Assembly (NCBI GenBank): GCA_963842725.1
Contig: CAWJHN010000004.1
Span: 1,566 to 65,565 of the forward strand
Length of the DNA stretch: 64,000 bases
DNA from: an uncultured Actinomycetes bacterium
GTDB taxonomy: Bacteria > Actinomycetota > Actinomycetes > S36-B12
Direction: 5' to 3'
Below the pieces are notes generated by a model that saw nothing but the letters and a program-made list of their open reading frames with translations, was not told where the DNA came from and did no database searches. This document shows, one piece after another, positions 17,701 through 26,705 of the stretch; position 1 is the first letter of the stretch, and each line of letters begins with the position of its first letter. The position numbers and the translations under genes were made by a program.

Positions 17701-20700
17701 CCAGCCGCTGGAAGAGGTGCGCCTCGTCGGACTGGATTCCCAGGTGGTGTAGTTGCACCTGCGCCTGGGTCCACGCCAGCACGGCAGCGCGTTCGAAGGT
17801 GGCCGACTCGCGGTACTTGTCGGCCAGGTCCAGCACCTCTTCGCGCGACCCGGCGACCACCGTGGAGAAGATCGCGTGCGCCGTTGCCCCTGCGGCGAGC
17901 GTCACGCGGCAGCGCAGGCTGAAGATCGGATCCAGCACGGAGCCGACCGTGTTCGAAAGCGGGTGCCCGTCGATCACCGAGACGGGCGAGCGGACCGATC
18001 GGCCGCGCCCGAGGAAACGGGCGCGATCCGTCTCATACTGAACGACCCCCGCGGGTTGGTCCTCGAGCGCTACCACGTGGGCAGCCCAGATCGATGGTTC
18101 GGCTGCCGATTGTGGTCGCCGCGTGGCAACGAGGGCACCGATGTCGGGAACGAAATCGGTCTGCACGAACAGGTTCTGAAATGCGGGGTGCGCCATATCC
18201 GCTGCTTGCGGCGCGAGGGCGATCTCGGCGTACGACGTGAGCTCGATCTTGCGTTCGCGTGTGCCGAGGTTTGTCAGCGACACGCGGCGGATCTCCGCGT
18301 CGTGCTCGGCCGATACGACGACGGTGAGCCCCGTTGAGATCGACCCGTCGCGGCGGGAGAACTCGGCGCGGTCCTCGGAGTAGATGACCTCATAACTGTC
18401 CGCTTCGGCACCGGTCGGTTGATGCCCCGCCGACCACACCGCGCCCGTCTCCATGTCGCGCAGGAAGAGGTAGCTGCCCCAGTTGTCTTGGGTGACATCC
18501 TCACGCCATCGTGTTACCGCGACGTCGCCCCACCGGCTGTAGCCGGATCCCGCGGTGGTGACCATGACGGCATACCGGCCGTTCGACAGCAGGTGCGTCC
18601 GCGGCAGCGCGTCGTGGGGCGATGTGAAGCGACGCAGGACCGGCGGCACCAGATCACGGACGTCGGCCGCGCTCTTCACCTCCTCGGCGCGTGGCCGGGC
18701 CACGAGCACGTCGCGCGGCATTCGCTCCTGCAACAGCAGCTCGGCGGCCTCGACGATGGGGTCGGCGTGGAAGCGCTCCACCATTGCCCTGTCGTTGAGG
18801 ACGTTGCCGATGGCCACCAGCGCCATTCCCTGGTGGTGGGCCATGTAGCTGTTGACGACCGCGACCGACTCCCCTTCCGGCAGCCGGCGCTCCGTGTAGT
18901 CGAGCGCCTCGCGGAAGCCGTATCGCCCCTCGGCGCCGGCAGCCGTGAGGCGAACGAGGTTCTTGACCGCGGCCTTCGGTTCGATCATGGCGGCAAGGGC
19001 CGTCGCGTACGGGGCGATGACGACATCCTCGCTCAGCCCCCGCTTCAGGCCGAGGCCGGGAACGCCGAAACCCGAGTACTGGTAGGTGTTCGCAAGGTCG
19101 CGCGCGTTGAAACCCGACTCGGAGATTCCCCACGGCACACCGATATCGGTGGCGTAGTTGATCTGACGCGCAACGACCAGCCGGTTCGTCTGGTCTAGGA
19201 GGCCGTGGGCCGGCGAGCGCATCACGAGCGCTGGCATGAGGTACTCGAACATCGATCCGGACCAGGAGATGAGGGCCGATCCACGACCGACTGGCGTCAG
19301 CGCCCGGCCGAGACGGAACCAATGTTCCGGCTCGACGTCACCCTTGGCTATCGCCAGGAAGCTGGTGAGTCGGGCCTCGGAGGCGAGTAAGTCGTAGTAG
19401 CTCGGGTCCAATGAACCGTCGCGAACCCTGAAGCCGATCGAGAACAGCATGCGCGTCGGGTCGAACAGGAAGGAGAAGTCCATCTCGTCGAAGAGCTGCT
19501 GGGCTCGATCAGCAATCGCGCCGAGGCGCCGGACGAGCCCCGCGGCTGCACGCGCGCTGTCGTCCATGTTGCCATCGGTCGGGTCGGACAACTGCGCGAT
19601 CGTCGGAAAGGCGCCGAGTTGTGCGGACGCACTGAACAACGCCTGGTCGCGGGCGTGGCTGGCGGCAGTGCGCCTTGCGGCCGCGGCCCATGTCACGAGT
19701 TCGCTCTCTGCTCCCTCGCCGCGCTCGGCGTTGAGCACCACGGCGACGTCCGAAAGCGTGTCGGTGTACACGACGAGCTTTGCCAGCTGCGCGGCCCAGT
19801 CCCTCAGGGTGAGGGGAACGGTGACCCCGACTCCATCGGGCAGCAACAGCGCTTCGTCGAGTTGCCGCCTCGTGAGGGTGGAACTTCGCCCACGGCCGAT
19901 CACAGAGGCAGCAGCGCGAGTCAATGCGAGCGCGTCTGCGACGCCAGCGATCGCGGCCGCCGCAGGCAGCGGCTGGTCGATCATCTGCCGGCAGGCGTTC
20001 GACAACGCCAGCAGGTGCCCAGCGAGGTTGCCGCTGTCGACAGAGGACACGTAGTCCGGCTCCAGCCGGCGAAGATCACGCGTGTCATACCAGTTGTACA
20101 GGTGCCCGCGGTAGCGCTCCAGTTCGCCCATCGTGGCCAGCGTCTGCTCCAGGCGTTCCACCATCTCGAACGTCCCGATCCAACCGAAGTCGCGGGCTGT
20201 CACCGTCGAGAGCAGGTACATCCCGATGTTGGTCGGCGAGGTGCGATGTGCGACGACCGGGGTCGGATCGTCCTGGAAGTTGTCGGGCGGCAGCCCATGA
20301 TCCTCTTGCTCCACGAAGGTCTCGAAGAACAGCCAGGTGCGACGAGCGGTGATGCGCAGCGCATCGACTTCGGCCGCCGACAGCACTTCCGACGCCGATT
20401 CGGGAGGGGGCAAGCTGATCCAGAGCGCGACCAGCGGTGAGGACAACCACAGCACGACGAACGGCGCGGCGATCCAAACGGCATCGGGCTTCACGGCCAG
20501 GACCAGAGCGAGCGTTCCCAACCCCATCACTACAGCACCGGCCATCTGACGGGCGAACCCCGCAGCGCTCAGGTGGTGGCTGGCTTGGGCGCGCGCGGCG
20601 GTGGTCCATTCGAGTAGGTTCCGCCGAGTGACCAGGAGCCGGATCAGCGTCCGAACGATCGCGTCGATCATCAGCCACGCTTGGTAGGCGACGAACGTGA

Positions 20701-23413
20701 TGCCGAGCACGATGTGGGCGGCAGCTGCGGCGAAATCGGCACCGACGGCGACTGCGTGGCTGCGCTTGGAGATGCCCTGCCGGCGTGGCCGCAGGCCGGC
20801 CACGGCCGGCAGCACAGCGGGGATCGCCACTGTGGCCACGATGAGCCACGTCCACTGGCTCGCCGAGACGTGCGGAAGCGTCCAGGCCGCGATCAGCGTC
20901 GCCACGGTTAGGGGTGCGGACAGCGTGCGCCGGAGGTTGTCGATCATCTTCCAGCGAGCAATGAGCGGCACCGAACTTTCCGAGCGCGCGCCCGTGGCAT
21001 CGCGTGCCACGCCCAGGATCCACGGCAGCAATTGCCAGTCGCCGCGCGCCCACCGGTGCTGGCGGCTCGCCGAGACGAGGTAGTTGGAGGGGTACTCGTC
21101 GAAGAGCTCGATGTCCGTGACAAGTCCGGCTCGGGCGAATACGCCTTCGAAGAGGTCGTGGCTCAGCAGTGCATTGTCGGGGACCCGGTCCGCCATCGCT
21201 GCGCGGAACGCGTCGACGTCGTAGATCCCCTTGCCGGTGTAGCTCCCCTCCTGGAACAGATCCTGGTACACATCGGACACCGCCGACGCGTACGGGTCGA
21301 TCCCCGCCGACCCGGAGAAGATGCGCTGGTAGATCGAGCCGCCCTGCTCAGCCGGCAGCGTCGGGGTGATCCGCGGTTGCAGCACCCCATAGCCCTCGAC
21401 GACGCGACCCGCCGCAGCATCGATGCGCGGCCGGTTAAGCGGGTGGGCGATCGTGCCCACGAGGCGCCTGACGGCACCCAACGGAAGCCGCGTATCGGCG
21501 TCGAGCGTGACGACGTACCGCACATCCGGCGGTGGCGTCGACGCCGGCCGGCCGTTCGTGATGATGCTGGTCGTGGTCGAGCCGCGCAGCAGGTCGTTCA
21601 GCTCGTGGAGCTTGCCCCGCTTGCGTTCCCAACCCATCCAGCAGCCGTCCGCTTCGTTCCAGGTCCGTGTGCGGTGGAGGAGCAGGAATCGGGCGCCCCC
21701 ACCGGGGGCTTCGCCGTATCGGGCGTTGAGCTCGTCGATCGCCGCCGTACCGGCGGCGAGAAGCTCGTCGTCGCCGGGGACGCTCTCGGCCGCGGCGTCG
21801 AGCCAGTCCGATAGCAGTGCGAAGCGAACATCGCCGTCACCATTCCCGAGGAAGTGCACCTCCAGTCCCCTGACCTGCGACTGGACGTCAGCCTCACTGG
21901 TGAGCAGCATCGGTACCACGACCAGTGTCCTCAAGTCCGCGGGTATGCCGTTGTCGAGAATCAGCCGCGGCATCGCCTGCGGGCCTAGCACCCTCGTTAC
22001 CAGCATGTTGACCAGGGCCACCGACAGATCGGAGACCGGCACCAGGGCGAGGGCCGCGAGGACGACAAGGCCGCCCACTGGACTCCCTTCCGGAGCGAAC
22101 AGCAGAGGCAAGGCGAGGACGGCGGCAGTGACCACGGCGATCATCGACAGGTAGCCAATGCCGGCCGCGTTGACGAAGACGCGCCGGAGCCGCTCGGTGA
22201 GGTGCAGCCGAACCCCGAGCGCCGACTCGAGCGCAGGCCGGCCGTCCGAGACCAGGAAGTATCCGGGGTCGCGGTGGCGGGCTGACTGGAGCTGCGCGCC
22301 CTCGACGGCCGGAGGCACCGCCTCCGCCATCTGTACCGCCGCGGTAGCGACCTCGATCTCGGTGCGACCCGAACCGCGCGCGATCTCCTCGATCGCGTCG
22401 CGATAGTGGTTCCGTGTCGTGAAGTCCATGTCGGCGAACGCGCAGCGGTCGCGCAGCATTGCATCGACCGAACTGACGCTCTCCACGAACTGAGCCCAGT
22501 CGAACCAGGAGAGCAGGCGCATGCTCATGATCACGTTCCGGACCGTCACATTCATCATCGCCTGCTGCTGATGCTCGCGGCGCACCAGCTCCTCGGCGGT
22601 GGTGTCCTGCGAAGCGAGAAGCTCCTCAAGCCAAAGCAAGGCGGGGGTAGTCGCGGGGTCGAGATCTCGGAGCCGCTGGAACAACTGCACGCGCGCCGCA
22701 GTGGGAAGCGTCGCACGCTTGAGCCGTCTCATGGATGCAGCGGCTCGGTCCTGTCCGTCGGCACCGACGCCGAGGAGGTCGTCAGCGAGCTCGTCCGCCA
22801 GCTGTCGGGCTGCGCGCTTGCGCACGATCTGCTCCGTCATGCGGCGAAGGTTCTCCACCAGAAGGATGCGCAGGCTGATCGCGATCGCCCAGAGCTCGCC
22901 GATCGTCAGGGGCTGGACCTCCTGATACGCGTTCAGCATTCGCCGCAGGCTCTCCTGGTCCAAGCGACTGTCGGTGTGCGCGATGTACCCCCACGCGATG
23001 CCAAGCACCCGCGGGTATCCGGCAAGGGGGCCATCCGCGAGTTTGGGCAACTCGCGGTAGTAGGTGGGGGGCAGGTCGTCGCGGATCTCGCGGAGCTGCT
23101 CGTCGACGATGGGGAAGTTGTCGACCAGCCACTCTGCGGCGGGGGTGATCGTTCGCTCGTCCTTGATCGCACGAGCCAGCACTCGGTATGAGTCCACTAG
23201 CACGCGACCGTTGTCCGCGATCCGAGAATGGACGTCGCGCCCACGGTGGGGCGCGTCGGTCACCGACTGCGCTGCGGCCAGTGACTGGCCGTGTTGCTCG
23301 AGACGTTCCACGCTGAAGAGTTCTGCGAGGATCGGCTCGTCGAACTCCGCCTCCGAAGGACCTCGCCGCCGACCACCCGCTAGTTCATCTCGGTAGGGCT
23401 GGTTCGCCTTCAT
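14750..23413 (-). CDS. cgs: cyclic beta-1,2-glucan synthase (Cgs/NdvB/ChvB-type: N-terminal glycosyltransferase, central alpha-barrel domain, C-terminal GH94 phosphorylase-like domain)
   Basis: A single uninterrupted 2887-codon ORF with hydrophobic segments. Glycosyltransferase core: VTLDADTRLPLG and RQHRWARGDWQLLPWI. Central region: LPPDNFQDDP...SPTNIGMYLLS. C-terminal region: GSGDWNDGMN and WYTGSAGWMYQ. The size and domain order match characterised Cgs enzymes. Confidence 0.85.
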   Translation of the reverse strand: MKANQPYRDELAGGRRRGPSEAEFDEPILAELFSVERLEQHGQSLAAAQSVTDAPHRGRDVHSRIADNGRVLVDSYRVLARAIKDERTITPAAEWLVDNFPIVDEQLREIRDDLPPTYYRELPKLADGPLAGYPRVLGIAWGYIAHTDSRLDQESLRRMLNAYQEVQPLTIGELWAIAISLRILLVENLRRMTEQIVRKRAARQLADELADDLLGVGADGQDRAAASMRRLKRATLPTAARVQLFQRLRDLDPATTPALLWLEELLASQDTTAEELVRREHQQQAMMNVTVRNVIMSMRLLSWFDWAQFVESVSSVDAMLRDRCAFADMDFTTRNHYRDAIEEIARGSGRTEIEVATAAVQMAEAVPPAVEGAQLQSARHRDPGYFLVSDGRPALESALGVRLHLTERLRRVFVNAAGIGYLSMIAVVTAAVLALPLLFAPEGSPVGGLVVLAALALVPVSDLSVALVNMLVTRVLGPQAMPRLILDNGIPADLRTLVVVPMLLTSEADVQSQVRGLEVHFLGNGDGDVRFALLSDWLDAAAESVPGDDELLAAGTAAIDELNARYGEAPGGGARFLLLHRTRTWNEADGCWMGWERKRGKLHELNDLLRGSTTTSIITNGRPASTPPPDVRYVVTLDADTRLPLGAVRRLVGTIAHPLNRPRIDAAAGRVVEGYGVLQPRITPTLPAEQGGSIYQRIFSGSAGIDPYASAVSDVYQDLFQEGSYTGKGIYDVDAFRAAMADRVPDNALLSHDLFEGVFARAGLVTDIELFDEYPSNYLVSASRQHRWARGDWQLLPWILGVARDATGARSESSVPLIARWKMIDNLRRTLSAPLTVATLIAAWTLPHVSASQWTWLIVATVAIPAVLPAVAGLRPRRQGISKRSHAVAVGADFAAAAAHIVLGITFVAYQAWLMIDAIVRTLIRLLVTRRNLLEWTTAARAQASHHLSAAGFARQMAGAVVMGLGTLALVLAVKPDAVWIAAPFVVLWLSSPLVALWISLPPPESASEVLSAAEVDALRITARRTWLFFETFVEQEDHGLPPDNFQDDPTPVVAHRTSPTNIGMYLLSTVTARDFGWIGTFEMVERLEQTLATMGELERYRGHLYNWYDTRDLRRLEPDYVSSVDSGNLAGHLLALSNACRQMIDQPLPAAAAIAGVADALALTRAAASVIGRGRSSTLTRRQLDEALLLPDGVGVTVPLTLRDWAAQLAKLVVYTDTLSDVAVVLNAERGEGAESELVTWAAAARRTAASHARDQALFSASAQLGAFPTIAQLSDPTDGNMDDSARAAAGLVRRLGAIADRAQQLFDEMDFSFLFDPTRMLFSIGFRVRDGSLDPSYYDLLASEARLTSFLAIAKGDVEPEHWFRLGRALTPVGRGSALISWSGSMFEYLMPALVMRSPAHGLLDQTNRLVVARQINYATDIGVPWGISESGFNARDLANTYQYSGFGVPGLGLKRGLSEDVVIAPYATALAAMIEPKAAVKNLVRLTAAGAEGRYGFREALDYTERRLPEGESVAVVNSYMAHHQGMALVAIGNVLNDRAMVERFHADPIVEAAELLLQERMPRDVLVARPRAEEVKSAADVRDLVPPVLRRFTSPHDALPRTHLLSNGRYAVMVTTAGSGYSRWGDVAVTRWREDVTQDNWGSYLFLRDMETGAVWSAGHQPTGAEADSYEVIYSEDRAEFSRRDGSISTGLTVVVSAEHDAEIRRVSLTNLGTRERKIELTSYAEIALAPQAADMAHPAFQNLFVQTDFVPDIGALVATRRPQSAAEPSIWAAHVVALEDQPAGVVQYETDRARFLGRGRSVRSPVSVIDGHPLSNTVGSVLDPIFSLRCRVTLAAGATAHAIFSTVVAGSREEVLDLADKYRESATFERAAVLAWTQAQVQLHHLGIQSDEAHLFQRLANRVLYSDPSLRPSESLLARNNRGAPSLWAYGISGDLPIVLVRIDEAEDLGLVRQLLRAHEYWRLKLLDVDLVILNEHGATYAQNLHDSLEALVRTSQSVLQHDVGAGRGGVYIIRGDRLPGEDRVLLQSAARAVLLSRRGSLADQVTRLDQPDRKARPPSAIRSKRSSVEPAVLRPELEFFNGLGGFTDDGREYVTILGPGQSTPAPWLNVIANESFGFQVSESGSGYTWSGNSRENQLTGWSNNPVSDPVSEAIYVRDDDTGEVWGPTTQPIRCEDSTYIARHGAGYSRFEHLHAGIQLELLQFVPLDRAVKVSVLTIENRSGSTRRLSVTAFVEWVLGTSRGANAPRIITALEPETGAFLVRNPWNTEFAERVAFLDLGGRQTSSTADRTEFLGRNGAPDRPAGLDRGHRLQGAVGAGLDPCGTLQVSFELAGGARTQVVVLLGEAGDAGAAVDLIRRTRQADHESMLRDVTTYWDDAQGTIQVRTPDRSMDIMLNRWLIYQTLACRMWARSAFYQAGGAYGFRDQLQDVIALLPSKRELAREHLLRAASRQFVEGDVQHWWHPPSGRGVRTRISDDLLWLPYTVDRYLAVTGDTSVLDEQVPFLEGAHLLPGQMEEYFQPERSTRSASLFDHCAAALDRSLAVGEHGLPLIGSGDWNDGMNRVGHEGRGESVWLAWFLSSALGSFIPLAQARGDGAHAERWQAHALILQQAVEQEGWDGDWYRRAFFDDGTPLGSAANAECRIDSIAQSWSVLSGVADPARAAQAMAAVDEYLIRRGDGLVLLFTPPFDHSDVDPGYIKGYVPGIRENGGQYTHGAIWSVLAFAAIGDGDRAGELFSLLNPINHSSTRAGVLRYKVEPYVMAADVYTEPPHVGRGGWTWYTGSAGWMYQAGIESILGFRLRGTTLVIDPCIPRAWPGFEISFRYHSSRYQIVVENPRGLTHGVVSVELDDELLANNGAAIPLADDGRTHRVRVVLGDAG

Positions 23414-23580
23414 TGGCCACTCTCAACGAGTTGTGCTTCTTAGGTTACCGCAAGCGGCTGGGTGCGTCAGGAGCTGTTGGGCTGCTCCGCGGATACACGC
23501 ACCCCGACCGCGTGCAAGGCGCTGACCAACGCCGCGCCTTCGCAGCCCGAGGCCGGCCAGCAAAGGGTTTCGGGATGCAA

Positions 23581-23605
23581 GCGAAGGCTGTAACTCTCCC
23601 TTCGC
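23581..23605 (-). terminator. weak hairpin downstream of the dehydrogenase gene
   Basis: GCGAAGG-N11-CCTTCGC (7-bp stem) lies about 135 nt past the stop at 23740. There is no clear U-tract. Confidence 0.2.
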
Positions 23606-23739
23606 AGCGCTGGCGTCGATGACGACCCGCTTCTGCGAACACGTGATGCGCAGGTCCGAGATCAGACCTCTCGACCACGAGCCTGCCTCGCTCTCGAATC
23701 CCACGCAGCAGCGGCCGACCAGCCTGCAGTACATCCTTA

Positions 23740-24813
23740 TCAGGGATGGACGAGGATCTTGACGGCGGTCTCGTTGTGGTTGATCAACTCGTCGAACCCG
23801 TCTTCCACGAGGCGGTCGAGGGGAATCATCGCCGTGATGAAAGGAGCAAGGATGACCTTGCCCTCCTGGACGAGCTTGATCGTGGCGGGGTGGTCGTTGC
23901 AGTAGGCGATGGTGCCGCGCAGGTCGATCTCCTTGAGCACGAGGGCCTGCATGTCAATAGTCGCTGGCTTGCTCCAGATCGACACGTTGACCACGACGCC
24001 GCCGGGCTTGACCGCGGCGAGGAGCTGGTCGAGGACGGCGTTGACGCTGGAGCACTCGAAGCAGACGTCGGCGCCGAGGCCTCCAGTGAGCTCGAGGATG
24101 CGGGCGGCGATGTCGTCCTTGCTCGGATCAAGGACGTGGTCGGCGACCCCGGTCGACAGCGCCTTGGCCTTCCGAGCCTCGCTGAGCTCGGACACGATCA
24201 CTGTGAGGCCCTCGGCCTTGAGCACGGCAGACAGCAGTAGGCCGATTGGGCCAGCGCCTCCAACGAAGGCGACGTCACCGGCTTTGGCGCCACTGCGCAC
24301 GTATGCATGGTGGCCGACTGACAGTGGTTCGATGAGTGCGGCCTCGTCGAGCGGGATACTGCCGACGGGGTGGACCCAGCGCCGGTCGACGACGATCTGC
24401 TCGCTTAGCCCGCCTCCGCCGCCGGCGAGCCCGATGAACCCCATCTTGGTGCACAGGTTGTAGCGGCCGTCCCTGCAGGGCACGCATTCGCCGCACACGA
24501 AGTACGGCTCCACCACGACATGCTCGCCGATCGTCAGGTCGGTGATGCCGTCGCCAAGGGCGGAGATCGTCCCCGAGAACTCATGGCCCATGGTCACCGG
24601 CTCCTCCTCGTGGGTGAGCGGGTGTGGGTGGCCCTTGGCGGGGATGAAGATCGGCCCCTCGAGGAACTCGTGAAGGTCAGTGCCGCAGATGCCGCACCAG
24701 GCGATGTCGATCGTGACTGCTCCTGGGCGCAGGACTGGGACAGGCACATCGGTGATCGTGATGTCCTTGGGTCCGTTGAAACGTGCTGCCTTCATGGGGG
24801 ACCTCTCCGTCAT
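23740..24813 (-). CDS. zinc-dependent alcohol dehydrogenase, 2,3-butanediol/threonine dehydrogenase-like
   Basis: 357 aa. Contains WCGICGTDLHEF, GHEFSG and the structural Zn cysteines CGECVPC, followed by a Rossmann domain. Confidence 0.8.
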   Translation of the reverse strand: MTERSPMKAARFNGPKDITITDVPVPVLRPGAVTIDIAWCGICGTDLHEFLEGPIFIPAKGHPHPLTHEEEPVTMGHEFSGTISALGDGITDLTIGEHVVVEPYFVCGECVPCRDGRYNLCTKMGFIGLAGGGGGLSEQIVVDRRWVHPVGSIPLDEAALIEPLSVGHHAYVRSGAKAGDVAFVGGAGPIGLLLSAVLKAEGLTVIVSELSEARKAKALSTGVADHVLDPSKDDIAARILELTGGLGADVCFECSSVNAVLDQLLAAVKPGGVVVNVSIWSKPATIDMQALVLKEIDLRGTIAYCNDHPATIKLVQEGKVILAPFITAMIPLDRLVEDGFDELINHNETAVKILVHP

Positions 24814-24917
24814 GGATCTTTGGATGGCTGAATGCTCGGCAGTGCGGCACGACCCGGGCTGGAACCCTGCCGGCCAGGACGTCGGCTAGGCGAAGAAGCC
24901 AAGCGGCTTCGGGACCT

Positions 24918-25382
24918 CTAGGCGTGCTGGTCTGCCACTGGACCCGGTTGGACGGACCAGTCGGCGGGTTCGTCGTCAGTGTCGGACTCGGCGATCGCCT
25001 TGGTCTGGTGCACCTTGCCCGGCTTGTGGTGCTGCGGCGCATAGATCGTGTAGACCTGCATCGGCTCGTCGCCGGTGTTGGTGATGTTGTGCCAACTGCC
25101 GGCCGGAACGATGACGCACCAGCCGTCGGTCACCTCCTGGTCGAAGGTGAGTTCGTCCTTGTCGGATCCCATCTGGGCGCGGCCGCGGCCGCGGTCGAGC
25201 CGAATGAGCTGGTCGGTGTCGCCATGCATCTCGAGGCCGATGTCGCCGCCGACCGGGATCGACATGAGGGTGACCTGCAGGTACTTGCCGCTCCAAGCCA
25301 CGGTGCGGTAGTTCGGGTTCTCCAGTGTCTCGGTCTCCAGATCGAACGCCTGGGGACGCGGACCGATGTCTGCGATGCTCAT
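24918..25382 (-). CDS. cupin-domain protein
   Basis: Starts MSIADIGPRPQAFDL. Contains the cupin motifs GLEMHGDTDQLIRL and PAGSWHNITNTG. This internal start within ORF 24918..25541 was chosen. Confidence 0.7.
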   Translation of the reverse strand: MSIADIGPRPQAFDLETETLENPNYRTVAWSGKYLQVTLMSIPVGGDIGLEMHGDTDQLIRLDRGRGRAQMGSDKDELTFDQEVTDGWCVIVPAGSWHNITNTGDEPMQVYTIYAPQHHKPGKVHQTKAIAESDTDDEPADWSVQPGPVADQHA

Positions 25383-25779
25383 CCTGAGATCCTTTCGTTG
25401 CGTGGACCGGGACGGGATCCTCGAACTCGAGGGGCCATTGCCGGCATGTCTCATGCTGTCATCGCGGGCCCTGGCCGGCGAGCGATCACGGTCACGAAGA
25501 CGAAGCCGCCGACAGCGGAATCCAATCGGCCTGCTTCCCACAGTGGCTGCACGTCTCGTAGTAGTCGCCGTGATCGTTCCGCTTGGTGACCCAGTCGTGT
25601 GAGTCGGTGGCGCACTCGAGATTCATTGGCCCATCCAAGACTTCAGGGGGCCCGCGGATTCTGGACGGGAACGCGTGATGCGCATTGCATTGCAGGCTAT
25701 CAGCAACGGCGCCCCTAGGTAAGCCGTCACGCTGGACACGAACACGATCACGCGATCGACGTGCTCAACGTCGGTTCCA

Positions 25780-25910
25780 ACAGCCCCGACACTGACCGCC
25801 GCACCGACCGCTACCGCCACGCCGATACCGACCGCAACGCCGACACCTACTGCAACGCCGAGACCCACGGTGAGTGCCACGCCCAAGCCGACGCCTTCGG
25901 CGACCCCGCA
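25780..25910 (+). repeat. low-complexity Pro/Thr/Ala-coding repeat
   Basis: The plus-frame translation reads PTAPTLTAAPTATATPIPTATPTPTATPRPTVSATPKPTPSATP. The frame is interrupted upstream by TAA at 25720-25722 and has no convincing start after it. Confidence 0.5.
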
Positions 25911-25977
25911 GATCACAGACAAGCCGCGGGGCGGGGTCGATACGGGTGACAGCACCGTCGGATAGCCGTCGTCACCC

Positions 25978-26280
25978 ATGCGACGCACTGCGCTGATCAA
26001 CGTCGGAGGGCGACGGGCCTTGGACTCCGTCGCCCTCTGCCGACCTGCTCGCCGAGCGCTCCCTCTCGTTCTCATCCTCGGCCTCGGAATCGCGGCCAGC
26101 GGTGGCGCGGCGATCCCGGCATCCGCTGACGTCCCTGCGCGGAACGCGATCCGTGTCGACCAAGCCGGCGCATCCAGGGCTCCCGCACCAGAGCGTCTGC
26201 GGATCCCAGCGATCCACGTCAACGCCCCCTTCATGCGACTCGGCCTCCAGAAGGACGGAAGCCTTCACGTGCGCACGCGG
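25978..26280 (+). pseudogene. truncated sortase-like (class F-like) N-terminal fragment
   Basis: Signal/TM segment (LPLVLILGLGIAASGG), then ERLRIPAIHVNAPFMRLGLQKDGSLHV, which resembles the start of sortase catalytic domains. The similarity stops at the G12 tract and no catalytic His/Cys region follows. Confidence 0.4.
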
Positions 26281-26290
26281 GGGGGGGGGG
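26279..26290. repeat. homopolymeric G12 tract
   Basis: Read directly: 12 consecutive G between the sortase-like fragment and the ATG at 26296. Confidence 0.95.
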
Positions 26291-26295
26291 ATCCC

Positions 26296-26499
26296 ATGAC
26301 TGCCAGCACTCTATTACCCGGCCCGCCCGATGCCGCTGACGACGAACTGGCGACGCGCGCCGGCCAATCGACAACGGCTGAGAAGGCCATAGACGTCGCT
26401 ACAGGCAAGGACGGCCTTTCGGACGAGTCGACCCAAACGCCCGGTGCCGTGAAGTGGCGGGACGTCCCAGACTCAAGTGGCTCAGCCCATGCCCGCTAG
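26296..26499 (+). CDS. small acidic protein, paralogue of 51963..52148
   Basis: MTASTLLPGPPDAADDELATRAGQSTTAEKAIDVATGKDGLSDES aligns with MTDTTHEPDPDDAADDELAAERAGQSTTAEEAMDVVTEEDGFADES. Both have GATCCC immediately before the ATG. The C-terminal tail diverges. Confidence 0.5.
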   Translation: MTASTLLPGPPDAADDELATRAGQSTTAEKAIDVATGKDGLSDESTQTPGAVKWRDVPDSSGSAHAR

Positions 26500-26705
26500 A
26501 AGCCGGAGCGCCCGGACAACGTGACGAGGTCGCCTCGTCGTCTCTGCCTAAGAGGACTGCACCGTGCGCTTGTAGGATCCGACGTCGGGACAGCAGATGG
26601 ACCCACCGCTGCCTGCGATTCGTGAAACACGCCCAGCTCGCATCCGTCGTGCCGTGGGGATGGGAAGCGGTGAGCGCGAACGCCGCCGTGATCGTCGAGG
26701 GATCG

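Noticed and set aside
25623-26234. 203-aa minus-strand ORF with a Gly/Val/Ala repeat (GVGLGVALTVGLGVAVGVGVAVGIGVAV).
   Set aside because: It is the reverse complement of the plus-strand Pro/Thr-coding repeat and runs across the start of the sortase-like fragment. Neither strand yields a convincing intact gene.
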